A DNA stretch of 44,438 nucleotides from Octopus sinensis (GCF_006345805.1 NW_021834906.1:1-44438); one strand, 5' to 3'. Shown: positions 25,252-37,345, counted from the stretch's first letter. Numbers and translations are program-made. The notes: generated from the letters alone by a model not told the origin.

Positions 25252-25791
25252 CAGTAGTTTTATTTTTACAGCGTGTTTTAATTCACTACCGAGCGCAGTC
25301 CTGTGTGCCTTAGGTATGTGCTGTGGTTTGTTGTGATGCTCTTATAGTTACTGTATTGAAAGTGTTTTGCATAGGATGTGTGCAGGGCCCAGCAGTGCAA
25401 TTTTCTGTATGTTATATATATTGGTAAGTTCTGGTGTTTTTGCTATGTATTTGTCTGAATATTTTTTTCATACCTAATGTGTCTACTATAATAGGAATTG
25501 TTTCCGTTTTTATATTCCACATTCGAATTGCCTCTATTTCCAAGTCTTTGTATTTTGAAAGTTTCTCCATTTCTTTTAGAGAAACGTTGTCATCTGTTGT
25601 TATTGATACATCAATTAGAAAGCATTATTTTTCTTCATGATCTCTGACAACTATATGTGGCCTATTGGCCTTAATTTCTCTATCTTTGTGTATTGGCATA
25701 TCACAGATTATGGTTGCTTTCTCGTTTTCTGTGACCTTTTCTGGCGTGTGCCTATACCATCTTTTTCTGTTGTTATTCCATAGTGTTGGCA

Positions 25792-25792
<1 letters not shown>
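25252..25792 (-). mobile_element. R4/Dong-type LINE 3' fragment with RLE domain
   Basis: CDMPIHKDREIKANRPHIVVRD..LIDVSI..EKLSKYKDLEIE..IPIIV..LG..IQKIALLG; (AAT)n at both ends. Confidence 0.88.
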
Positions 25793-25839
<47 letters not shown>

Positions 25840-25848
25840 TACTATTAC

Positions 25849-25880
<32 letters not shown>

Positions 25881-25881
<1 letters not shown>

Positions 25882-26039
25882 AGACGAAGAGCGCTATTCG
25901 ATTGTAATAGATATTTTATTGGTTGAACGATATTTCGACAGAAAGTCTGTCTTTGTGAACCTGTCAAAGACAGACTTACTGTTGAAATATCTTTCAACCA
26001 ATAAAATATCTATTACAATCGAATAGCGCTCTTCGTCTT
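25881..26039. mobile_element. Fold-back element 3 with degenerate HHR motif
   Basis: 75-bp arms 25881-25955 and 25965-26039; TGAAC-CTGTCAA-A-GACAG/CTGTY-GAAA-TATC^GTTCA pattern with broken core. Confidence 0.65.
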
Positions 26040-26103
26040 AACTGTTTGCCTTTGTGAAGAGTTACGTGAATCCTTTTAACATATCATCATCATCATCATC
26101 ATC

Positions 26104-26510
26104 TTTACTTTTAATCAGCATCATTGCTACAGTCACTTGCTGAGACACACCCAGCATCCTGGGGTGAGTGAAGGATAAGAAATGTTGCAATATGACTGAA
26201 AGCTTGGGGAGGGGAGGTAGTGAAATGGATGGGATTTTTCTAAGGATGTAAGAAGTACTTGTCTGTACAATCTTTTGGATTTCTCTGAGACATGGCACCC
26301 CTGAGATCTTATCAAGATATTTCTGACATCTATTTTTTTATAATACCTAGGGCACCTACAATAACAGGAACAGTTCTTGCTTTCAGAAACATCTTTTGCA
26401 TTTCAATTTCTAGGTCCTTATATTTACTTAGTTTGTAAAATTCCTTGACATATATTTATCAGTGGGAATACTTACATCCATTAGTGTACAAGACTTTTCT
26501 CCCTGTCTTT
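26104..26510 (-). mobile_element. R4/Dong-type LINE 3' fragment
   Basis: LMDVSIPTD..KLSKYKDLEIEMQKM..TVPVIVGALG..EIQKIVQTSTSYILRK. Confidence 0.85.
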
Positions 26511-26512
26511 TA

Positions 26513-26568
<56 letters not shown>

Positions 26569-26577
26569 TTATTATTA

Positions 26578-26760
26578 TTTAGTGACGAGCGGGCAGAATA
26601 GTTAGCACGCCAGCCAAAGTGCTTAGTGAGATTTCGACCGTCTTTACCTTCCGCGTTTAAATTTTATGAAGTTCGACTTTGCTTTTCATCTTTTCGAGAT
26701 CGATGGTATAACTACCAGTTGAGCTCTGGCTTCGATGTAATCGACAAGCAGTCTCCTCTA
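26578..26760 (+). mobile_element. Diverged SINE family C
   Basis: gacgagcgggcagaat..gactttgcttttcatc..gatgtaatcgac. Confidence 0.75.
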
Positions 26761-27595
26761 AATTTTCTATATGTATATATATACATTTTTATTTTGTATA
26801 TAGAAGAAAAGGATCATTATCATCATCATCGTCGTTGTCGTCTTAGCCGTCATCATCACCATCAATGTTATTTTCTTCCGCTTGAAACGAATGCGGTAAC
26901 ACACTCGTGTCAACAATAGAAACGCATAATTCTAACAAAAGCCAATGACGAAGCGACTATGAAGCCATGCTGCAGGAAACACCAGATTAATCTCTTTCAA
27001 GTTAAACTCAACTAAATTCAAGACGAAAGAAAAAAAATATTGTATAATTCAATTGAAGAAAAACCATCTTTTGAATAGGTGGGGTGGTCACCGTTAAAAT
27101 GTCTTTCATCATATGTCCGTTTGATCAGATTCGACTTTAGGCTAAACAACAGAATATCTCAAATAAAGAAAAATAAAGAAAAAAAAATGTAGTGAAGCAT
27201 TAATCTTTTGATGGGCTTATTTTGATAGCAAACTATGCTAATTATCTGAATTTGAAAAAAACAAACACGATATTAATATTTGAGATATATTTCATTAATT
27301 GCCATCACCAATTAAAGAGAAATATAATTATTTCACATTTTTTTTCAACATAGTGTTGCAAAGAAACAGGTGTGAATATCTCAATGAAGCTGTTTTTTTT
27401 TATTTGAGTCTAAAATAAAGGTAACTTGTTTCTGAAGCCTCTCACACAACTAATACATGCAAGGCAGTTATTAGTCAGAATTGAAATAAGCGTCTGTTCT
27501 TTATCTTGCATGTCTGGTGAATAACATATTTGCCAATTTCTTTCAATGACCAACAAACAAATGTAAGTAAATATGATGTACGAAAACTAATCGTA

Positions 27596-27964
27596 GCACT
27601 CGGTCCGTCACGAGGGGTCCGTCATTGAGGGGTCAAGTTGATTCAACCAACGGAACAGCCTGCTTGTGAAATTAACGTGCAAGTGGCCGAGCTTTCCACA
27701 GACACGTGTACTCTTAACGTAGTTCTCGGGGAGATTCAGCGTTGTCACTCTCTGTGTGATAAGACTGGTCCTTTAAAATACAGGTACAACAGAAACAGGA
27801 AAAAAGAGTGAGAGAAAGTTGTGGTGAAAGAGTATAGCAGGGTTCGCCACCATCCCCTGCCGGAGCCTCATGGAACTTTATGTGTTTACGCTCAATAAAC
27901 ACTCACAACGCCCGGTCTGGGAATCGATACCGCGATCCTAACCATTCGGCCATTGCGCCTTCAC
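27596..27964 (-). mobile_element. Diverged SINE family B
   Basis: Collinear with family B with indels. Confidence 0.85.
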
Positions 27965-28009
27965 ACGAAAACTAGTAGTAAAATAAGAAGGCATAAAAGG
28001 TACATAAAA

Positions 28010-28300
28010 AGTATGAGACAGCATAAAAGTACACTACCTTCCCTACAGAGCAGTGAACTTGTGCACATTAGATGTCAAAGTAAAATATCACAAAGTGGTT
28101 GTTTAAGCGCTCTGCAATGTGACTTCAAATCCCGCTGGGGCTACTTTTCCTTATATCATTTTGAGCAAGGTGAAAGGTCACAGGATTTACATACTGGTAA
28201 GAGCTTGAAACGATATACTTTGTAATATTTATTATAAATACTTGGGTTCTGAGTTCTTGGATGGTTAATTTAATCGATCGTTCGGCAATTTAATTCAGCC
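28010..28300 (+). pseudogene. Possible pogo/Tigger-like DDE_1 transposase remnant
   Basis: KVVV*ALCNVTSNPAGATFPYIILSK (~TVLLCxNAAG..PPxII) and SWMVNLI (~AWMT); weak, by eye only. Confidence 0.35.
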
Positions 28301-29059
28301 AAATGATTTTGGAGGTGTCCCTTGTGGTGTTAACACTATAGAAAATGCTACAGTCGGGTTTCTGGTTTAAGAATAACTTCCTCTCTTTATTTCACCACTT
28401 TCGGAGGCCATAAAAAGGTCATTGAGTCATAGACACCAACTTTCTTCTCTAATAAATCAGTAAAGAAAGAACAGATGCAACACTTATTTTGTATGTCTTA
28501 TTTAATGTGAATACCATGTAGAAAGCCAAACAACTGCAGTATTTCTCTTGAGAAAGCATCTTGAGTAGCTGTAGAGTAATGAAAAGCAAAGGGAATATTA
28601 ATAGCTCACAGAAATCGTCCACCAGCGGCTGCAGAATTGCTAAATCCAGATTTCTGCATACAATCACGCCATTTTTAGCAAGCGTCCACCCGTAACTGTA
28701 TGCTTATATAATTTCGATCCTACTGTTATAGAAAACTAGGAATTAACAAATCCCAAGTGTCGCAAATAACCGGCAGACTTCATACAATTTCGATTTAACG
28801 ACGAAATCAGTATTATTTCAAAATAGCAATCTGTATATCTTACTTAACGTGTGTTTACTTACAGAAAACCACACAACAATAGTATTCGTCACGAGAAAGT
28901 CTCTTGTACTTTCTTTTTCTGTTAGTCTTTCGCTCTGTTTTTCTCAGACAGCAGCAAGGCAAAAAGCTTGAAATGTTAAGTTTACCCAATCAGACAATTG
29001 ACTAAAGAATTTATCCGTCACATCGCAAATTTTCAAACTGCTGTCCACCCAGTTAACAC

Positions 29060-29125
<66 letters not shown>

Positions 29126-29577
29126 ATTTTTCTCTCTTTCTCTTTCAAATATGCACTATGTACTTACATGTATTCACACACACAAATACTTACACACTTG
29201 CAAAATTATCATTAGGTTATTCTTTGAGTGGGAGTTAAATAAAAAAAATAATAATTCACTTACGTAGTTACAAGAAGTCCTACGTTCGTGTTTTCTGGTG
29301 TATATATATACATATATAGAGCCTATCTCTCAACATGTTCTGACCAAAACTATAGCTAATATTCGTTATTATAGTCTTGAGAGAAAAAGATGAACGTATT
29401 GAATGCAAAAAAGTAAAAAGGAAAAAGTGAAAAAAAGACGAAGTGGTCACGTCTAGAATATCATTGATCATAGATTTATTCAGAAATTAATAGGAGTTAA
29501 ACAATGACAACGAAATCGTAACAGCTTTAGAGTGGAATTCACATTGTAATCTAACATTTCGTTTCACTATAGCTGTA

Positions 29578-29710
29578 GTTTATCGACCCCGAAAAACATA
29601 AAAGGCAAAGTCGACCTCGGTGGAATTTGAACTTGGAACATAATGATGGACGAAATGCCTAGCAGCATTTTTCCAGGCATTCTAACGCTTCTGCTAGCTC
29701 TCCACCTTAC
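29578..29710 (-). mobile_element. Diverged SINE family C fragment
   Basis: tatcgaccccg..aaaggcaaagtcgacctcgg. Confidence 0.75.
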
Positions 29711-30129
29711 AACCAACCAAATATTAATGTGCTTCCATTGAAGCTAACACACTCTGCGTTGATTTTTCTGTAAATAGATCTTAGAGCATGAGATTTGGAA
29801 ATCTACAATATTAAATGTAATAACAGCTACTGATACAATAAAAGCAACGAAAGTCTGGCAATGTTCCAACCTATATATGGTATGAGAAATATATAGGCTA
29901 CTACAAAAGAACAATCCGAAAAGTTCACAGCTAGGTTAGCATTAATATAGGTTTCGTCCTTGAAACATAAACTAATATCCACTTGATATATGAAAATATT
30001 GTAACAGGTCCAAGTATAACAATTAAATCTTCTATTCCATACCGGATAATCACAAATACGCCACAGCTTAAGCGTACATTCATCCATCGATCCGTCCGTA
30101 CATGCATTTATAAATAAATGCATATCTAC

Positions 30130-30670
30130 AAGTATATACATATATACATAGATGCATATATATGCATATATGTATATATATACATAGATGCATATATGTC
30201 TATGTACATAGATGCATATATATGCATATATGTATATATATACATAGATGCATATATGTCTATGTACATAGATGCATATGTTTATACATACATAGGCATA
30301 TATGTATGTGTAAGTGTATGTATGTACTTATACGTATATATATAAGCGTACACGTACAAGATACATACATATATTCATACATATATACATACATATATAC
30401 ATACATACATACATGCATACATACATGCATACATATATGCATACATACATGCATACATGCATACATACATGCATACATGCATACATACATACATTTATAT
30501 ATACATACATACATACATGCATGCATGCATGCATGCATACATACATACATACATGCATGCATACATACATACATACATACATACATGCATACATACATAC
30601 ATACATGCATGCATGCATACATACATGCATACATACATACATACATACATACATACATACATACATACAT
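30130..30670. repeat. Compound (TA)/(CATA)n microsatellite with a duplicated ~60-bp unit at its start
   Basis: Direct reading. Confidence 0.95.
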
Positions 30671-30905
30671 AACTATGGACAACTGCTTCGAAACGTCCAG
30701 TTTCTATATCCGGATTACAAATTCACATTTATTCCAATGATAATTGGCGCACTTAGTTTCGCAAGCAAATGCCTAACTGTCAGTATGGACAAGATTCGAT
30801 TTCCAGAAAAAAGAAAAATCAACCAACTATTCCCACATTACAAATGCTACATGTTACTGGATCAGTTAAAGTATGCAAGACGGTTCTCGGGTTTAAAATG
30901 TGACA
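30671..30905 (+). mobile_element. RLE-type LINE C-terminal fragment
   Basis: YGQLLRNVQFLYPDYKFTFIPMIIGALS (~KY..L..E..PxIIGALG), directly after (CATA)n. Confidence 0.65.
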
Positions 30906-31156
30906 TTGTTTTAGTTATCAACATTCGAAATATGGAACTTTGTATCTTAGTTAGAAACCAGCCCCTTCTTTAGGTGAAGCATTTAAATGACTAAAACCAG
31001 AAGAAACACACATATGTATATACCTATCATCACTTCCCTATCGAAACAAAGTACAATCGTAAATGTAATATTTTAAATTTTCAATTTGAAGCGGCATTTA
31101 TTGCAAGAATAATCTCCCTTGATTGCTGGTTTTAGATTAAAGTAATCCCTCGACTA

Positions 31157-31423
31157 ATGTGGAGGCGCGTGGCTTAGTGGTTAGGGTGTCAGCAACATGA
31201 TCGTAAGATTGTGGTTTCGATTCCTGGACCGGGCGACGCGTTGTGTTCTTGAGCAAAACACTTCATTTCACGTTGCTCCAGTCCACTCAGCTGGCAAAAA
31301 TGACTAACGCTGCGATAGACTGGCGTCCCGTCCAGCTGGGGAACACATACGCCATAGAAATCGGGAAACCGGGCCCATGAGCCTGGCTAGGCTTTAAAAA
31401 AGGGTACATTTATTTTTTATTTT
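31157..31423 (+). mobile_element. CORE-like SINE (D-related) with 12-bp TSD
   Basis: tRNA head, gttcttgagcaaaacactt; TSD atccctcgacta at 31145-31156 and 31424-31435. Confidence 0.88.
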
Positions 31424-31656
31424 ATCCCTCGACTATAGCGTGTGCTATGTTCCAAAACCTCTGTCCCTCCCCACCTCCGCGATGGGTGGAAATACGCGAA
31501 ATAGAAACACTACTGTATTGTATATTTTCTATTATTATTTTTATAATTTGTATATATTTATTTTATTATAAATGCAAAGCACACCACGGAGGAATCGACG
31601 TAAGCTTACATAATAAACCGTGACAAGACATACATACAAATATGCAGATATTTAAC

Positions 31657-32022
31657 CGCAGGCATGGCTGCGTGGTAAGAAGCTTGTTTCCCAACCACAT
31701 GGTTCCGGGTTCAGTCCCACTGCGTGGTACCTTGGGCAAGTGTGTTCTACTCTTGCCGCGGACAGACTAAAGCCTTGTGAGTAGATTTAGTAGAAGGAAA
31801 CGGAAAGAAGCCCATCGTATATATATATGTGTGTGTTTGTATGTGAGTGTGTCTTTGTCTTCTCACCATCGCTTAACAACCGATGTTGGTGTTTTTACAT
31901 CCCCTTAAATTAGTGGTTCGGCCAAAAAGTCTGATAGAATATGTACTAGGCTACTAAAGAAAAAGCCCTGGGAGTCGATTTCTTCAACTAATGCCTTTTA
32001 AAGGCGGTGCTCCAGCATGGCC
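31657..32022 (+). mobile_element. SINE family A, diverged
   Basis: Collinear similarity to family A. Confidence 0.85.
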
Positions 32023-32190
32023 GGAGGGAGATGTTTGAAGCATCTAAAACGAGAAAAGCATAAAACAATATACATATATATTGTATGTATATGTTTGTGC
32101 ATATTTATATTTATATATATATATATATATATATATAGGTATAGTCACATACAAATATGCATACATTAATACAAGGAATATTATATACAT

Positions 32191-32580
32191 GTGGAGGCGC
32201 AATGGCCCAGTGGTTAGGGCAGCGGACTCGCGGTCGTAGGATCGCGGTTTCTATTCCCAGACCGGGCGTTGTGAGTGTTTATTGAGTGAGAAAACACCTA
32301 AAGCTCCACGAGGCTCCAGCAAGGGATGGTGGTGACCCCTGCTGTATTCTTTCACCACAACTTTCTCTCACTCTTACTTCCTGTTTCTGTTGTACCTGTA
32401 TTTCAAAGGGCCGGCCTTGTCACTCTCTGTGTCACGCTGAATATCCCCCGAGAACTACGTTAAGGGTACACGTGTCTGTGGAGTGCTCTGCCACTTACAC
32501 GTTAATTTCACGAGCAGGTTGTTCCGTTGATTCGGATCAACCGGAACCCTCATCGTCGTAACCGACGGAGTGCTTCCACC
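32191..32580 (+). mobile_element. SINE family B with 11-bp TSD
   Basis: TSD attatatacat at 32180-32190 and 32581-32591. Confidence 0.92.
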
Positions 32581-33282
32581 ATTATATACATATACACATA
32601 AATAAATGGATCATGCTAATGCAACCATTTAGTCTTCTCTTTTTTTATTTACATTTGTAATACGAAATGCAATACTGAATTCTCTTCCAGTTTAATGTTA
32701 TTGCAGAGAACTGCAGCAGGAATAAAAGCATTTAAAACTTACTATATTAACCTAGGCAAGTTTAGCAAAGTTTATCGAGAAAGTTATTAACTTCGAAGAA
32801 ATTTATATGGTATATTTTTCACATGGCGAAATAGACCAATTCATTTCATTCTATATACTTTTTTTTTGTTTCCTTTCACATTTTTGGTTTTTTGTATATT
32901 TTCCTTTTTTATCTTTTGTGTATGTTCCTGCATTTAAAAAAATTTTTTTTGCGTATATATATTTGTGAATTTAACATTCGTGTTTAGTTAGTGGAAAACA
33001 AAAAGAAAATAACATTAATATAAAGTTAAATAGCGATGATAAAGAACCTATTAAAATAACTGCAAATGAAAGAACATTACTCGAACATATTCGAGCGCCA
33101 AGCTAAGTGACGATATAATATATTCTTGAAAAGAAGGAAATTAGTCAACGACAAAATTTTAAAAAAAAACAACGACAACAAAACATGAATATAAATGTAT
33201 ATAGAATATATATGAATAAAAATACTTAAAACTAATCTATATTTTAAGCTTTAGTTAATAATAGCTGTAGATATTATGGTGT

Positions 33283-33311
<29 letters not shown>

Positions 33312-33315
<4 letters not shown>

Positions 33316-33560
33316 CAATATGTTACATTACTCGGTAGTCAAGATAAAACTCTGAGTTTCAGATGCCGAAGTGGAAATCCACAACACCATCTCTTCGGTT
33401 ATCTGGCTATAGATAACCGAAGTTGTGGATTTCCACTTCGGCATCTGAAACTCAGAGTTTTATCTTGACTACCGAGTAATGTAACATATTGTATAGATAA
33501 TTTCCTCTATTTACATAATATTGAAGTCTCTTTCTTTCTTTTGTTATCTTACCGTTTTAT

Positions 33561-33563
<3 letters not shown>
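33312..33563. mobile_element. Fold-back element 4 (PLE pLTR-like)
   Basis: 33312-33404 pairs with 33411-33495 except for 8 extra nt (33386-33393) in the left arm; both ends in (TA)n. Confidence 0.8.
33342..33404 (-). ncRNA. Type I hammerhead ribozyme motif (CCGAAGA core)
   Basis: AGATAA-CCGAAGA-GATG..CATC-T-GAAA-CTCAGAG-TT^TTATCT; 6-bp stem I; same GAAACTCAGAGT as element 2. Confidence 0.7.
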
Positions 33564-33624
<61 letters not shown>

Positions 33625-33810
33625 TGTTCCAATCAAACATTACCTTTCTGCTATAGATCGAGACATTTAAGTAAATTATACTAAAGCAGCCTCTTTAATT
33701 TTTATTATTATTTATGGTTGTATTATACTACTTGAATATATATATAATATATATTATTATATATTATATATATATATTATATATATTATTTATATAATAT
33801 TTATATATAT

Positions 33811-33862
<52 letters not shown>
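33564..33862. repeat. (TA)n-rich low-complexity tract with a short unique insert
   Basis: Direct reading. Confidence 0.85.
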
Positions 33863-33863
<1 letters not shown>

Positions 33864-34047
33864 GTGTGTGGTGTGTGTGATTTTGAATGTCGGCCTTGTT
33901 TCGTACTATAAATACAGTACTGCGTGTACACATATATTTGCGTATATATATGTTATGGGCATTAATGTAAATATATACTTAATACTATGCATACACACGC
34001 ATATATATAATATATATATATAATATATATAATATATAATATATATC

Positions 34048-34081
<34 letters not shown>

Positions 34082-34570
34082 ATACATGTGTTGTATATAT
34101 ATATATATACACACACGTAGGAGCAATCTTTATTTCAACAGTCCTCTGGTTCTCTTGGTTTATGTTTTTTCCTTTACACTATATCAAATGTATATTCTAC
34201 ATGTGTATCAGAGTGTAATTACATATAGGTGTTTCATTGTGTTTACGCATGTGGGCATGAGCACGTGATGCGGGAATTTGAATTCACAAAACAAGAGAGG
34301 AAATTAGTCAATAGAAAAGCAATTAACATTGTAGTAGTTTTGCGAATACTATCTTTTACTATTCCAAGTTTAGCAAGCGACTCTGTTCGCGTAACTGATA
34401 TTCGAAATGGGAGACATAATTTATAACAACGATAGTAAAGCGTGCGTGACCATTCGATTGGAAAATGTGTAGAAAACCAAAATATAAAAACAAAATATAC
34501 AAAAAATGTATGCATACAGATACACACGTACATAACAATCGCTCTATCTATGTAAATATATATGTTTGTG

Positions 34571-34601
<31 letters not shown>

Positions 34602-34624
34602 ACACACATATATATATATATATA

Positions 34625-34905
34625 GTAGTAATAGAAAAGAGGGAATTTCGATCATCCCCATGTGGTGGGTTTTAATATAAGAAATTAAAAAAGAAAATAC
34701 ACACACTTCACATAGTTTTAACATAATATTTAATATATTGACCGGTTTCACTTTAGCTATTCATGATACTAAGGTTTTATTTATTTTTGTCCAAAATATT
34801 TCTACTAAAGAAATACATATTGAAATAAATAAGCCAGATTATCATGAATAGCGAAAGCGAAACCGGTCGATATATTAAAACCATGTAAAGTGTGTGCATT
34901 TTCCT

Positions 34906-34913
<8 letters not shown>
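34625..34913. mobile_element. Fold-back element 5 (PLE pLTR-like)
   Basis: 34684-34768 pairs with 34840-34913 (12-nt indel, several transitions); both tails end in (TA)n. Confidence 0.75.
34840..34872 (+). ncRNA. Minimal type I hammerhead motif with A3-U8 core
   Basis: TATC-ATGAATA-GC GAAA GC-GAAA-CCGG-TC^GATA: 4-bp stem I, GNRA-capped stem II, palindromic ACCGGT stem III, GUC triplet. Confidence 0.7.
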
Positions 34914-34947
<34 letters not shown>

Positions 34948-34956
34948 TATATATAT

Positions 34957-36250
34957 AATTAAAATCTTAGGGAATAATAAGTATTCCAGGTTATCAGGTC
35001 TTTTACTATTTTACGCTTTACTAATGCTATGTAAACAGTATCATTTAAAATATTACAAATTTGGGATATTACCAATATAACCGCAACTAGTATTTCAGGA
35101 TAACCTTATGGTATGGAATACACATAGACAGTTATATCCAATAAAATAATATAAGCAGTTTAAAAAACCTACTATAAATTACAATAAAATCATTTGAAAA
35201 AAATATATATAACTTGCTTGTTATTAGTCTGTGGAGAAAAAAGATATTTTTAATCAGCGCTACACGTATTTCCGCGCTAGTGAGGAGTTTATAAATGCTA
35301 TACATAAAAGATAAACCCATCAGTATGTACTCAGGCTACTTATCTTAATGTTATTATTATTATTAACGGATCAAAGTTAAAAATACATATTAGAAGTTAT
35401 ATTAAATAGAAAAATAAGAATATTAACAAAGCTATGAGAAAAATATATAAATTATGAATATATTTAAAAAAATTAAAAAATTAATAGCATTTAAAGAATT
35501 GAAAAAAATTAAACACCTAAAACTAAAATACTGATATATATAGAAAATGCTAAACCTAAGGAAACCCGCAACGGCGATATAAAAAACACATAAAATCTCA
35601 CAATTTATCTATACAAACATTATGGGAATTAAAAATTTAGTGTAAAATTTACCCCTATCTGTACAAGTATAAATTACCATTTTTATGTCAAACGTAAGTT
35701 AATAGTATTTAAAAAAGATTATTTAGTAAAACCCACTATGTACCTTATAAATTTATTGAATAAAACTAATAAAACATCTAGTAAAAAAATTAACAAAAAG
35801 AAACTTATTGACATAATGTTTACTCCTTGTCGTTCTGTGAAAATGGCTGCTCCCCTGCCCTGCGCTAAGTATTATGGGAAAAATAAATAAAATAAAATGC
35901 TCTGAAAATTCTCTAAGACTATTAATATTAGAGAGGTTGAATTCAAGGGGAGATAATAATAAGATACTCTTAAATCTAGCTGTAACTGGATTTTTTATAG
36001 TGTTTAAGATTTAGAGATTTATGTTAGATTAAATGTGGCCTGTCTATTCCTTTTAAGGTAATATTCTTTAATAAATTCTCGGTTCCCTGTATATCCGCAT
36101 CTAATAATACTATAAAATTCTATTATAACTACATTTAACTATCTTCCTCATAAAGGTTTAAGAGATTACATACCGGAGGAGATTACATACAATAAGGTTA
36201 TCCTGAAATTGGAGTTGCGGTTCTATTGTAAAATCCCAAATTTGTAATTA
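34957..36250 (+). mobile_element. Fold-back element 6: ~68-bp inverted repeats around ~1.06 kb of AT-rich sequence
   Basis: 35052-35119 vs 36182-36248 (roughly 85% by eye); long and short tails both end in (TA)n. Confidence 0.65.
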
Positions 36251-36275
36251 TATTATATATATATATATATATATG

Positions 36276-36317
<42 letters not shown>

Positions 36318-36537
36318 TATGTATGTATGTTATATATATGTATATATGTATGCATATATGTCTGCATGTATGTATGTATGTATGTATGTATGTATGTATG
36401 TATGTATGTATGTATGTATCTGTGTGTATGTCGTATAAAGTAGAAAAGACATATTAACCGATTAATCGAATAAAGTATTGAAGCCATAGATAAATATGAT
36501 ATTTTTTTTTTCTTGCATCATTTGTCATACACATAGC

Positions 36538-36562
<25 letters not shown>

Positions 36563-36568
<6 letters not shown>

Positions 36569-37345
36569 TTAAAAATTGAGGGATAAATTAATATTAATTT
36601 TAATATCAATTTAAAACCAGTAGTCCAGCATTCAAAAAATCTGAGGAGTCAGAGAAAATTCAAATATATGTGTATATTGGCAGGGCTGGCCTGCTAGGTA
36701 GCCGGCCAGAATGCTAGAAATAGATCATAAACGATCAAACTACAAGGAAATTCTCTAGAGGAAGAATTCAGCGAACACCAACCAAATTTGGCGGGCAGGA
36801 CATATGAAAAATTAAATAAAAACAGACTTAATGCATACCTCGTTTCGGTCTTAACAAGAGAATTACTACTTGCATAATTCAAGTGTCCGTGACTTCTTCA
36901 GTACATTCGGTCCTCGAGATGCAAACCGCAAGACTAACCCCAGCTCTCTGTGTCAAGACAGACACGTGCTAGTCTTACTGATTACATCGGGAATAAAATT
37001 TCAAATGTCTTGGTTCCGGCGCGCCAAGAGACTCCTGAAGCGAAGGGCTGCAGTGAATAATTCACTGCGGGTAAAGCTTACTACTAGGAACGTATTTATT
37101 TAATATTAAAAATTGAGGGAGATAAATTATATTAATTTTAATATCTTGTTAAGACCGAAACCGAGGTATGCATTTAAGTCTGTTTTTTTATTTAATTTTT
37201 CATATGTCCTGCCCGCCAAATTTGGTTCTGGTGTTCGCTGAATTCTTCCTCTAAAGAATTTCCCTTGTAGTTTGATCGTTTATGATCTATTTCAGCATTC
37301 TGGCCGGCTACCTAGCAGGCCAGACCTGCCAATATACATATATAT
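36563..37345. mobile_element. Fold-back element 7: ~200-bp inverted repeat plus 40-bp direct repeat
   Basis: 36664-36859 vs 37144-37345 inverted; 36569-36607 vs 37106-37145 direct; (TA)n at both ends. Confidence 0.8.
36830..36907 (-). ncRNA. Type I hammerhead ribozyme motif (CUGAAGA core, long loop II)
   Basis: AATGTA-CTGAAGA-AGTC..40 nt..GACC-GAAA-CGAGG-TA^TGCATT. Confidence 0.7.

Noticed and set aside
28600-28700. Minus-strand AAAATGGCG motif with downstream GTGAGC donor as a possible first exon
   Set aside because: ATG is followed by an immediate stop and there is no supporting downstream exon; chance level.
34960-36250. AT-rich stretch first suspected to be a mitochondrial insertion
   Set aside because: No recognisable mitochondrial protein, rRNA or tRNA in the frames read; the flanking inverted repeats fit the fold-back class better.
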